DNA of 64,000 bases. Origin: Orbicella franksi (taxonomy: Eukaryota). The translations under genes and the position numbers were made by a program. Shown one piece after another: positions 35,780 through 47,570 of this stretch. The notes under the pieces are model-generated. The model saw only the letters and a program-made list of their open reading frames with translations. It ran no database searches and was not told where the DNA came from. Position 1 is the stretch's first letter; the number at the start of each line of letters is the position of its first letter. The stretch lies in contig OZ116710.1 of NCBI GenBank assembly GCA_964199315.1, positions 2,790,001 through 2,854,000 on the forward strand, in the 5' to 3' direction.

Positions 35780-36750
35780 CGTTGCATATTTGCGAATCTT
35801 TCTATATTGTTAATGTTTAATAGTTCATCTTTTTATTCTGTAAATATTTATATGAGGGCCACTGGTTTTTCAGTTATTACTGTTCTGTTTTACCCTCGNN
35901 NNNNNNNNNNNNNNNNNNNNNNNNNNNNNNNNNNNNNNNNNNNNNNNNNNNNNNNNNNNNNNNNNNNNNNNNNNNNNNNNNNNNNNNNNNNNNNNNNNNN
36001 NNNNNNNNNNNNNNNNNNNNNNNNNNNNNNNNNNNNNNNNNNNNNNNGAGGAAGAATCAGCGGGATAGTTTACCAAGGGAAAAGGGGAAACAGTCCCCTA
36101 TTCTCTCTTTTTTTTATTAAATAGTAGCACCAAATTAGCAATTGGGCAAGTAAAAGAATCCCGTGAGGTCTAAACGATTAAGCCAATGGAATGGGTGGGA
36201 TTCACTGGTTTTATATATGCTAAAAGATTATAAATTGTTTTATTTAAAAGAGCTAAATGTTTATTTCGAAGTTTATTGAGTGGTTAAGTGTTTGATTTCA
36301 CTGTTAGTGAGTGATCATTTTTATGACCATATTTTCTGTCAATATAAGCAAACCAAAACACAGGCAATGAAGTTGATCTACCTTTAATCATTGATTAAGT
36401 ATTGATTGGTTTTCGATCAACAAGCTCATAGGTATAAGGAGCCTTGCGATGAGTCAACATCCTATCGAAGGGGTGGAGATAAAATGAGCGCTTCAAACAA
36501 TTTTACTCCCCGCACCCGGCATCGTGAACGATCCTTTTATTGTTTTTTTCTTTCCTTCCAGAGAACCTCATCGACGAGCGATGCTCATCGCTTCCGACTG
36601 GGCAGCTCCTCAAACTTCCTATACATAACCTTAAAATCCAAATCAACAGGTCAGCTCTTGGAGTCAAGCCAAGAAGGTCAGGTGCAACTGGCTGTCATTT
36701 CCTCAAACAGTGACAGAAAGACTTGGTTCCAAATGAAGTACTGCAAGTAA
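32746..36750 (+). CDS. Divergent beta-trefoil cytokine-like protein B (IL-1/FGF superfamily candidate); join(32746..32847,34042..34243,35357..35472,36562..36750), about 202 aa, first exon less certain
   Basis: Acceptors TTTTCAG (34041), TTTACAG (35356), TTCCTTCCAG (36561); donors G|GTAAGG (34244) and GAG|GTAAGA (35473); phases 0/1/0; open frame KCSLRSIYRYTRSTSQALL...EPLYT|EFLIKRC...HWNHDSNYKLAVRSGQVELE|RTSSTSDAHRFRLGSSS...TLKS...EGQVQL...DRKTWFQMKYCK*. Paralog of 7197-10306. Confidence 0.8.
34350..34558. ncRNA. Inverted pair of Penelope-type minimal hammerhead-like motifs (U3/A8 core variant) in intron 2 of gene B
   Basis: Arms of about 91 bp (34350-34440 / 34465-34558). Each contains TTGATAA-T-G(A/G)AGTC-AAGAT-GAC(C/T)T(C/G)-GAAAC-GTC. 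Confidence 0.5.
35729..35776. repeat. (AT)n microsatellite
   Basis: Uninterrupted AT run. Confidence 0.95.
35899..36047. other. Assembly gap (149 N) in intron 3 of gene B
   Basis: Run of N. Confidence 0.99.
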
Positions 36751-38565
36751 AAACAAACGTATATAATGTCACAAAAACATTAGGAACATTATGCAATCGA
36801 ATTGATTGAAAATAATAATGTGGATAGTTTTATTTGTACTAAAAAAAATGCAGAAAAGTTAATTTTCCAAGAATATATTTATGAAATTATATTGAATTAT
36901 TTACTAGGATTAATAGTGAGTAATTGCAACAGCGCGCTGTTTACAAAAGCCATTAACTGGGCTTTCTTGTTCTTTTGGAACCGGGGGAGAGGTGGGGGGG
37001 GGGGGAGTGAGGGACTGCTTTTAAGGCACTCACCCTGTAACACTTAGAGTTGAAAATAAAAGTTGAAGCATTTATAGCAGGCTGAAAAAGATTTCTTTTT
37101 GAGGTCCGACTGACACAATCCATATTGGGTCTAGCCAACATCTTGCATTTTATGATTTTTATAAACAGTTAGGAAACCATCAAAAGAAACTCAAAAATAG
37201 TCATAACTGCTAAACAATGCTAAAAAAGGAGGAAAACCGAGGAAACAGCAAGATCTTTGACGAATGAAGTATTACACCCAAATAATACCATTGCTTTATT
37301 TCTTTAAAAACTTCATAGTGTTATAAGTTAGTTGATGAAGGCCTCTAAAGTACCCCTCCTCCTGGTCCGAACTGATAGTGTAAATTATTGAAAAAAACGT
37401 TTCAATAAAAAAGGTACCGGTGTAGTTGAGGCTAATTTGTAGTTAGTAATGACTTACCGATATTTCAATTGTAACCAGCAATTTTTTTCTATCAGTTCTC
37501 TGTTCAGCTTTTTTTTTTATTATTTTACCTAAGCTCATCGATTTTAATAAGATATAACGTGTTCACCAAATCAAGCGAGGCTGATCCAAGAGAAAGATTA
37601 TCACGATCATAACGATTATCACGATTCCAGTATCATGATATCGGAAATTCCTTTTCTTTTCTTTTTTCCTTTTTTTTTTCAAATAACTTGGAACACCTTC
37701 TGTTGAAAGGAAAAAAATATATATGCATTAGCTTGCCTAATTAAGTACGACCAATGCACATCACTTCTACTGATATTTGCATGGCATATAGCTGTTTTTA
37801 TTTGTTTCATAGAAATTTAAAATTGTAACTGAAAATATTAGGGCTGCCATGTCACCTATTTATTTAATGTTGTAATATTTATGAAATCAGACAGAATAAA
37901 TAAAGTTTTAATTTTTTATGCTCATTTATTTATTAAGAACCCCTTAGTTTGGTATTAAAGATTTAAGTAATAAAACTCAGATAGTTTATTAACAAGTAGA
38001 GCGCCTTTTTTTTGCTAAATAAAAGAACGTTGTACAGTATTTGGTTTCACACGATAAACTCCTTTTTTTCACACGGTTTTCTTAATGTAACCTCATGTGG
38101 TATCTTATTTTTTTCATTCGTAAGTCACCCCACCCTGTAATTGTTCAAATGATTCCATCAATGCTTAGTGACAATCGCCTGTTTATTTTGATAGTAAACA
38201 TCTTAAATCTACTCCCTTAGATTTCAAAATTTAAATTAAAAAATCTCAGAAGAGCTCCAAAACTGATAAAAAAAATCAGAACAAGATAGACACAAAGAAT
38301 GTATCAGTCACGTAACCAAACAATTGACACGCCAGATTGTCTCCTGATTAATGAGACCCTGCTGGTGTGCAATTTAGTATAAATTGTTAAAGCCACACCC
38401 ACACAGGGGAAGGGGCAGATCTAACAGTACCAGCAAGGATATTTCTATGGGTAACAACATTGCAACCCCCCCTCCCCTTTGCTGGGTGGATACAGGAAAC
38501 AGAAACAAAACACTGATTATGGTGGCAAAACAGCGGTGTCTCTAGGGGAACCTAAGTTACTAACG

Positions 38566-38752
38566 GGACCAGAAGAGGGGTGCCCTTCTGGGTGGACAAT
38601 AGGTCAGATGGTACGATGGCACCATCCTGGAGAGATCCGGACCTATTTCCTTGGAAGTAACATAGGATGGACCAGAAGAGGGGTGCCCCTCTGGGAGGAC
38701 AATAGGTCAGATGGTACGATGACACCATCCTGGAGAGATTCGGACCTATTTC
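38566..38752. repeat. Two near-identical copies of about 84 bp, period 103 bp, strongly structured
   Basis: GGACCAGAAGAGGGGTGCCC...GGACCTATTTCC starts at 38566 and 38669; about four substitutions separate the copies. Confidence 0.9.
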
Positions 38753-39523
38753 CAAGGGTGGCCATAGCACTTACTGTGGGGCAAAGTGCAGCCTAGGTTG
38801 CACTTCCCTGCCACCAAAAAACCTTTATTGACTAAGCAGCTATAGTTTACACACAATATAACAAATAGAATGTGGCAATGAAGAAACCGAGAAGGTTCAG
38901 CAGGAGAAAGCCACCCTCTCATGAAAGGTAATTACAACCACATAGAGGAAAAAGATGGGAAAGGACAAAGCTACCAATACAGGGAGGGAGGGAGGGGAAA
39001 GGGGAGAACAGCCTAGCTTGAATACTAGCTCACAACTGGGACAGGGTCAGAAAACAATGGGATTTTACTAACTGGGGATTGAGGGAGTTGGAAGGGGTAT
39101 AGCACGCTGAAATCACATGAGAGCATGGTGGAAAATCACTGGGAGCTTTGTCGTATGATTTCCCATATGGTAAAACTATTGGGTTGCATTGGACATATAC
39201 CTAAGGTTCTTGCACAATGGCTAATAGGGGAAAGATAACAGAACTGGTGACAACCTTAGATGACAGCTATGATGTAGACTACAGAGCTCATTAACCACAG
39301 TTTAAATGCTTAAACTTCTAATAAAGTTAAGGAAAAGTCAGAAACTTTAACGTACTGTGGTTTTAATTTTGTGAGTTTCAAAAGTTTGAAACAATTGCAG
39401 CCCATTCCTCCTTATGAGGTTGAAAAGAAATAATTATCTTAACAAAGCAAGTTGAAGGGAAAAGACAGATAGATAGATCATCCATGGTCTGAGCATTCGG
39501 CGAATTGCAATTCCCTAATTCCT

Positions 39524-40504
39524 ACTACGTGGGGCAAAACTGTTCTGGATCGACTTTACAACAAAAAAATGAAACAATCTAAGCGATTAAGCGATTTATT
39601 TCCACTATGGAAAGTTATTTGTATACGGATCACGCAAGAAAGGCTTTCGTTACAACGTGTTCAAATTTGGTATCTGAATCACAAAAGCATGCAAAATCAC
39701 GTGATTTTTGAGAAAAGTGAGTCATATTGAAGTGTTGTTTTGCAAAGAACATCGTTACGTGTTGGTGGAATTTCTGTCAAGAATTTGACAAGAAAGTATG
39801 AGAAAGACTTACAACTTATTTGGCCACTGAAATGCGATAATGTTTTCAGAAACTGATCTTCTTTCAAGTCTTTAAACTGTTCTCGCTACCAGATCGATCT
39901 TCCATCTGTTTTGAAGATGGCTGCCTTCAGCTCGCACAATTTTACAAAATACTGCTGGTTTAAAGCGTTTTAGGTCAAGAACTGCAAACACTACAGTTTG
40001 TGCTTTCAGGAAAGTTTCCGGACGTGTTTCTGGGTCCATCTACCAGGAGCTTGCCATTTCTCATTTTCTTGCATGACAGCTTGAAATAACTTTGTTTGGT
40101 TTACCTGGTAGCACCACAACCGTGAATTTCTGATTCCCTAAACCGCTGATGTATCACAGGATTATAGCGCTGTTTAGATGGATTATTGCTCCTTCCTCGT
40201 GCCATCTCGTCGAATTCATGAAAAGTATTTCACAAACCGTAACGATGTTCTTCGCACAACAGGATTGGTCTAACACTAGGATGTCTCAGAAATGGCGCAA
40301 TTTTCCCTACTTTTGTGATTCAGTCTGCAAATTTAGATACGCTGTAATGCAAGTCTTCTTTCCGTGATCCGTGTGAAAATAAATTCCCACGTGTGGAAGT
40401 TAATAAGGTTTAAGATAATCATAATATTATTTGACTCTTTTTGCTTGCTTCAAATTTTTGTCGTAAAACGTCGATCCAGAACAGTTTTATCCAGCGTACT
40501 AATT
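39524..40504. mobile_element. Non-autonomous DNA element of about 1 kb with long (about 250 bp) TIRs
   Basis: Left CAAAACTGTTCTGGATCGAC; right GTCGATCCAGAACAGTTTTATCCAGCGTACTAATT. Related copy at 21930. Confidence 0.75.
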
Positions 40505-40521
40505 GTCTCCTAAAAGAAACG

Positions 40522-43088
40522 TCAAAAACTGACAACCACCTGCTTTGAAATTTTCACAGACAACCGACGAGTTCTTTTTACAATCATCCACCGAAGAATC
40601 GAAGACATCAATATAGCAGAAAAAATCCAATACCACTTCGTTGCAATCCACCACGCCTTTTTCAAAGGATCAACGTACGCAATTACGTGATCTTCGAAAC
40701 CGTCTATCACAACTTCTTCCTCATAGTCCATATATCTATCCCGATGTCTATTGCGTGCTTGAAAAGCATGAGAGAGATTCTTAAATAGATTTTTCGTTGG
40801 CTCATCAGCAAAGTGGAATCCCTTCTTCATTTCCATTCTGGTCAAACTGTAATTTTCTAATCCTTCTGGGAGTTCAGTAATGTCAGCCCATCCTGTGAAA
40901 CTTGAAGGCGAGAAATAACCAACGTAAAAAAAAAAAAGAAAGAAAGAAAAGAAAGAAAAAAAAATCGCATGTGCTATGCCCGGGAAGATTATCTGAAGCT
41001 CTGGGCAAAGATGTGCTATCAATTAAAAGCCCAAATCGTAGCTTGACTGCTTTCAAGCCCAACCCCGCCCCCGCCCCCCCTCCCACCCTAACGGGAGGGA
41101 TAGGTGGTACTTTTTGTAATGGTCTAAACGTGAAGGCTCCACCCGTAAGGAGTGCCTTCTTCTTCAGGCTTCAGGCATATAAAATAGCAGGGATTTCACA
41201 GGTTTTGGTGTAGGGTAGAAAAATCTCATTTGGTTATTTTCAAGGGTCTTTCATTAAAATTTTCGAACTGTCGCACCTTATGGCTGTATCATTTATAAAT
41301 GAAATAAAATTTATTAGACACTTCAGTGAAAGTGACAAGACTTCCTTTTTTGGCGACTTATTCATAACACGGGACAGTTACGAAAAGATGTGAATGGAGT
41401 ACCTTTTTTAATTGAAGGTATACGAAAGGCGCACCTTTTCTGTCAAAATGGTCTACATGAGAATAAGAGGTTGGACGGCCCTCGGAGCGGAGCCTCCCCG
41501 ATTAGTTTTTACGTTTTCCACTAAGTGAGAAATTACATCGATTACGTTAGAAGCAAATGTTATTTTCAGTTTTATATGTCTTCTTAGAACAAACGTTTAG
41601 GGGAAGGCGCTTCCTCTAGGCTATTGGTGTATTCAAACAGTTTCAAGCAGTGTTGATATAAACGTTACACCACACTTTTTAACTGATTTATCGTCGCTAT
41701 TTTGTAGGATATCAAAATCACTTCATCTTCGTGAATTTCGGCGTTTATATTTATTTATTTATTTATTTACTTATTTATTTATTTATTTATTACTTTTTTA
41801 AAGGGCAAGGTTTGAGTTAATAATTCTTCTTCTTTATAAAGCAGTGTGAACATTTTATGTATGTAAGTGCCTTGATAAAGTTCTGTTCAATTTATTCAAA
41901 TCTCTATCAATATTATAAGGTTATGTCCTATCTCTATTCTGCTTTTTAATATCTCTTTTTTTATTTTGTCTATCCTCTATAGTTTTGGGCTTTTTTTAAT
42001 GCACAATTTTCAGGAAGAGGAAGGAATTCAAATTCATAATAACCAATGTGAGATTATCTCCCAAAGAGTTTATAGTCTCTTTTTACACTCCCCCGTCACC
42101 TCTTTGTAACTATTTTTGTTTATGTTTTTTGAACTTTTTTTTCTCTTATCATTATGACTTTTCGCATAGAAAAGGAATTACAAGTAATATTGACAGTTCA
42201 TTTAAAGAAATTGAGCTGTACATGCTAAGTGCAAAACAACATGAGTAATCGATCATGGCCTTTCTCTTTTATGCACAATCAAAATGTAGAGTCAGATGAC
42301 ATCAGGACTAAACTTATCAACTCGTTAGCATCATGCATTTCGTTCGCTGCTTAACTTCGAGAGGTTTCCCTTTGATGACCGTATACATTTTCTTGCTGCT
42401 TTAAGTCTGGCATGTTATCCTCTAAAATAAATTACATATTAACGTTTTCTAAAGCCGATAAGCTCGGCAAGACTTAAAATTGTTTTGGATTAATGTCAAA
42501 GTCTGTCTGAAAGACGACTAAACGAATCTTTGATAGAAACCGCGTTCCGGATTGTTTTCAAGTGTCATTTTATGCCCCGAGGTTATTAGCCATTTTAGAT
42601 GTCGACGTGGTATCTTCGTAGGAGAAAAACAATGCTAAAAGCTAGATTTTTATCCAATGATCTTACCTAAAAGCTTCTGTTTCGTCAAAAGTAACGACTC
42701 TCTCCTGATACGTCTCGATTCGTTCCCTCAGTTTTCCTCTTCGATCTCTGTAAGGAATCGCCCTTTGCTTCTTTTCGTAATGCCAGCCAGTTGCTTTGAA
42801 CAAAATCACAGGCGGCCGTCTTCTGATCGAGTCTATGAACGTCATCGCGGATTCTTTCTTAACTATACTCAAACACCGTCTCGTCGCAGAGCGGTAGCAT
42901 TCCAAGAGGTAAAATGCGTACAGCAGAAGAAACAAAACGGCTGGCAGTGCCGCAATGTCGCGTGGCGCGAGGCCATCGCGTTCTGTTTTATCCCCGACGG
43001 CCCACATGGTGACAACAAAGCACGAGAAAGAGAGGATGTTAAGAAACACTGAGCAGCAGGGACACTCCTCCATCCAGTTGTCGACCAT
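40522..43088 (-). CDS. TMEM151: TMEM151-family transmembrane protein; complement(join(40522..40900,42667..43088)), 266 aa
   Basis: Donor AG|GTAAGA at 42666 (phase 2) and acceptor TCAAG at 40901 give EAFSFTGWADIT. YLLEC...PPVILFKATGWHY...Y.ERVVT, F.FAD...RD.YMDY.E and WW...WYWIFS...LRW match TMEM151A/B. Confidence 0.85.
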
Positions 43089-46000
43089 GGCTCTATCATA
43101 CTAGGGATTCAACGTCAAAAATAACGTATACAATTCAGTGCGTTTCAATAATCAGGATATATATGTCATATCTGCGATGTGCGAAGCGTGATAACGCCCT
43201 AGTGAATATGCGAACCGAATAATAGCGTTGCTTGAGATCTCATTGGTGGACTTCTAGTTGTCAGTTTTCTGATATCGACATTTATTACCCAATCAATCCG
43301 AAAGCTCTTTTAGCTAGCACAATATGCTAAATGCATCACATCATTTATCGGCTCAGTCTAAACACATAGATCAACGTTGTGAGTTTAGTACTCGAGACGT
43401 CCGTTGCGGATATTTAATCAAACTTTCCACCTTTACCGCTCCAAATAACAGCTTTTCTTTAATTAATGTCAGAGTTTTCTGGAGAGTTTGCAGTGAATTT
43501 GTTTCTTTTCTGTATCCATTCTTGCAAAAAAGGTATCGCGGCATGGATCCAAGAATTGCAAAAAAAAAAAAAAAAGAGATTCAGGAAGGAGATTCAAAAG
43601 GTCAGATCTCCCGTCTTCATTTCCACCGTAAACGAATAGCCCTTGGCTGTTTTCCCGATAAACCACTGCTTAAATGTGCTGAAAGCCCCCCGAAAAATAA
43701 AGGTAAAAAATATAAGTGCCAATATCCCATGGATTGTTATTATCTTTTACTGAGTTTACATCTAAAGAGTAAGTGCTAAATTGTCGATTTTACGGGACGA
43801 TAGGTTGAATTTAAATAGAGACATCCGTTTTCCCAATCCAAGGCGCTTTTATCTCATACGCTATACGGCCTTGGCCATATGTTTGGTCAGATATGCGGTT
43901 AGCAAACGAAATATTTAAAAACAGCTTTGCAAATAAAGCGAAAAAAGATAGTTGTTTAGACTAGCAATGATATCCTGATAAACAACAAATCACTGCCAAT
44001 TCCAGACCCTCTTATGTTCTCTTTTTTTCCGACCTGATTTTAAACTTTTGCGTCTTATGCATGCCGTGGCTGCGATTGTATAATTTAATTGGATTCAAAA
44101 AGGCGTTTACGTTATCTACCACAAAATGCATGGTAAGAAAACAAAAATAAAAATATAATATAGTAATAATAACGCCTTGGGGATTAACAATAAACATAAG
44201 AAGTAAATGAATACACGTGTGTCTTGTTTACTTTTACATTTTTTGTCTTTTTCCGTTTTTTGTTTTGCTTCTTCTCTTTTTTTCTTGTTTTTCAAATTAC
44301 ATGTAAATGGATGAGCAGGAAATAAATATTTACTTTTTACAGAAGCCGGTTTGGCATACCCAGTTACCAGATATCAACACTGTCAGTCTTTTATTTTAAT
44401 CATATCCGTTGCACACGAGTAGCTAGTAAATCTAGGAGTCTATAAGGATAACATAGCTATTTATTTTCCATGGCTGCAGTCAGGCCCTACAGCATACATT
44501 CTATTTGCCATGGCACCTGTCTAGTTGCTTTCACATGATTTTCTTTCTCGGTACTAAATAATAGGAAATTTGACTGTCGCAAAGTATTTGCATTAGACTT
44601 AAATAAAATCGGGAAATAATATTTCTTAATTTATGGTAAGAAAAACATTACGCATAATATAAAGTAATCTTCAGTTTAATGATTTTCATATACGTAAGCC
44701 ATTACCTAAGCCTTTCATTTCAATTCCATTTTTTCCAAAAATCGACCCCAATCATTTTTAAAATTTTATCATGTGTTTATTATATTTTTTGGAGCAAGAT
44801 TATACCATTTATTGTTGGGTTACCTATCACGAAACCATATAAGGTAATGTTACACTGCTCCAAATCGTATTAAATGACCATCTGTAGGTAACCTTAATAA
44901 TAAGATAAATGTGAGAGCATTTCAGATACGATCTCAAAAAAAATTACCAAAGGTAAATAACTCATTGTACATTTTCCTGAGTACCAATTAGCAAAGATAT
45001 TGGAAAAGAAACCTGGTTTTTAAAATGTTTTTTTTTAGACAAATTCAGAAGTAGGATAAACCACCGTTCATTTTATCCCACCACAAATTCCAAATGCGGC
45101 CTTTTATTCTCAGTGTTATTTTACTTCATAAGGCGTCTTATTTTCCAATTATAATCACTTTGAATGTTTTATTCATGAAACGAATATAAAACTACCTTTG
45201 CTTTAATTTGAATTTAGGTAATGTATGACAGCTGAAACCAAAAAGGCCTCTTCCGCTACTATCGCATCGTGCCGTCACCTTTAAAACTTTCATATCACTT
45301 TTATCTATAGATCGATTTTATTTTGATTTCGATTTATCCCAAGTTTTTTTCGTCTTGCATTGCGAGTATCAAATTAGGAAATAGGCTAGTGGATGTTTGA
45401 CTGGGATTGACCAAACAAGTCCAACCGCAAACGATAGTCTGAAGTCATTTCAACCGGTAGAAAACCACAATACGATTTAGTAAACTTCTTCACTTAAGTC
45501 TAATAAGTATGCTTTTTGGTGTTCCTCTTTACATTTCAGACTCATGTTTAATCAAAACAGCTTTCGGAACTGACCATTTTTCTCTTTAATAGAAACGTGT
45601 TGTTCCTATTCATAAGTTTTAATGAAGCTGTAAAATTGTTTGCTTCTCGTGCTCACTCTGGACTTCGTTAATGAAAACATGTCATACACGCTGTCGATTG
45701 AAATTCGTGTCGAAAAAGCGACAGTTGAAATATTTTAGACACTCAGTAAAAATCTTGTATTACATGCACAACTGGCCTACATACAGCTTAATGTCAGATT
45801 GTCTGGGCAAAAAGGCATCCAAACTTTAAAATACTGTCTTTGAATACCGACGTGAACGTTTGCAATGAACATCAGTGTCCTAGCGAGGTAAACAACACTT
45901 GCTGTATATTTGAAATGCTTTTAAGTAACCCGACTCCTCTAAAAATTTTAATGGAGCCCCCAATTTGCATTGCAAAAACATATACACAGCTAGTTTGCAT

Positions 46001-46553
46001 AACTATGTCCGTATGCGGTGATTCAAACCTGGAATTTTTTTTTTCTGGCATTTTAATTGAGTCTTCACAACATTATGCAACAGCATTGCAAAAGTCAGTG
46101 AGTATTAGCAAAGATGAGCAGAAGTTTTGAAACCTTCCTCTTTTGTTTTCAACAAAATAAAGGAATATATGTTCTAAAAATTCTGTTCTTATCTCGTGAA
46201 GGCCACATGTCTATCCAATCTACCTTGAATGAAGGTGACAGCAGTGGTTAAAACTCAAATTGGTTCTCGACAAAAAGATAAAGCCTTCCGCCGATAGCAT
46301 TGTGAAAAATGACAACTCTTTAACATACATATGACACAAGAATAATCGATATTAATTGGACATCTGCTCCAGAAGTAATAACATAAAACGAACAGTCGGG
46401 CTTATTTCATTTTGAAAGGTAAGCATTCACCGAAAAACACGCCTAATTTGGGCCTGCTGTTTCAGTTTCGACAGTATTTTTGCGAGCGCCCTTTGGGCTT
46501 GCTGTTCTTTAGTTTCGAGCCAATTATCAATTTTTGAAAGAGCTGGAACCTAA

Positions 46554-47570
46554 ATGTCCGAGCATAGCAAAGGACATCCCTCGCTGGAGAAGTATGTGAC
46601 TTTCCTTGCGGAAAGACCAACTGGGGTGGTGGTCATTGAAGCGTTGGTCTGCGCTATCTTAATCCTGGCAGCTTTGGTTGGAAACTCCTTAGTCCTATGG
46701 ATGGTGTGCAAAAATAAAAATCTTCGAACAATTCCCAATTTGTTCATCGTCTCGCTGGCGTTAGCTGATATCGGAATGGCTATACTTTGCCAACCGCCAT
46801 GCCTTACAGTTCTCGTGGTGGGAAAGCGCACCTACGGAAATTTCGTCTGTCAGCTTCAAGGTTATGTCGTCGCCATGCTCTCCTGTGTCTCGCTTCTGAC
46901 GTTAACCTTGGTTGCCGTGAATCGGTACTTCTTGATCGTACGACCAAAGCACTACCAAAAGCTTTTCACCACTAAACGCACTCGATGGATGATCTTGGGG
47001 ATTTGGATTCTTTCACTGATGGAGCCGCTGCCTTATCTGTGTTCCAATCACCGTTACGTTTATCACGCAGGGAAGTTCTTTTGCTTTCAAGTCGTCGAGG
47101 TCGACTTTTTCACCTTGCTGGGGTACGTCTTCGTTGCCATTCCCACGGTCGTACTCTCATTTTGTTACTACAACGTTTTTAAGGCCCTGAAAGAGCACAA
47201 AAAGCGGCTTCATAGCATGAGACGCCGAGGCGACCAGCCGACCACGGTGAAAATCACTATTGAAGACATCAACGTCACGAAAACCTTATTCCTCACAGTA
47301 TGCGGATTTCTCATCTGCTGGACACCGATTGCGATCGTGGATTTCATCGGGTTTGGTCAAGGGAGCTGGAACCTTCCTCGCGAGATGTACGTCATGTACA
47401 CATTTTTGGGTCAGCTGAGCACTGTGATCAATCCTGTTATTTATGGTGTAATGAACAAGACCTTCAGAGACGAATACAAGAAACTGTTCAAGTGGAGCGA
47501 TGGAGCGGATATTACCCAGGATTCCGAGGAAACTCCGCATACTCAGGAGAGTAAGTGCTCTGTCCTTTAG
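46554..47570 (+). CDS. Single-exon rhodopsin-class (family A) GPCR, orphan, melatonin/amine-receptor-like; 338 aa
   Basis: Seven hydrophobic segments; GN in TM1, LALAD in TM2, C in TM3, NRY (DRY variant), W in TM4, FLICWTP in TM6, NPVIY in TM7. Confidence 0.93.
   Translation: MSEHSKGHPSLEKYVTFLAERPTGVVVIEALVCAILILAALVGNSLVLWMVCKNKNLRTIPNLFIVSLALADIGMAILCQPPCLTVLVVGKRTYGNFVCQLQGYVVAMLSCVSLLTLTLVAVNRYFLIVRPKHYQKLFTTKRTRWMILGIWILSLMEPLPYLCSNHRYVYHAGKFFCFQVVEVDFFTLLGYVFVAIPTVVLSFCYYNVFKALKEHKKRLHSMRRRGDQPTTVKITIEDINVTKTLFLTVCGFLICWTPIAIVDFIGFGQGSWNLPREMYVMYTFLGQLSTVINPVIYGVMNKTFRDEYKKLFKWSDGADITQDSEETPHTQESKCSVL

Noticed and set aside
38566-38752. Twister, HDV-like or hammerhead ribozyme in the 103-bp repeat
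   Set aside because: The conserved cores of these classes are not recognisable on either strand; kept only as an unclassified structure.
46554-47570. GPCR as an opsin
   Set aside because: The position equivalent to rhodopsin K296 (six residues before the N of NPVIY) is Gln, so there is no retinal-binding Lys.
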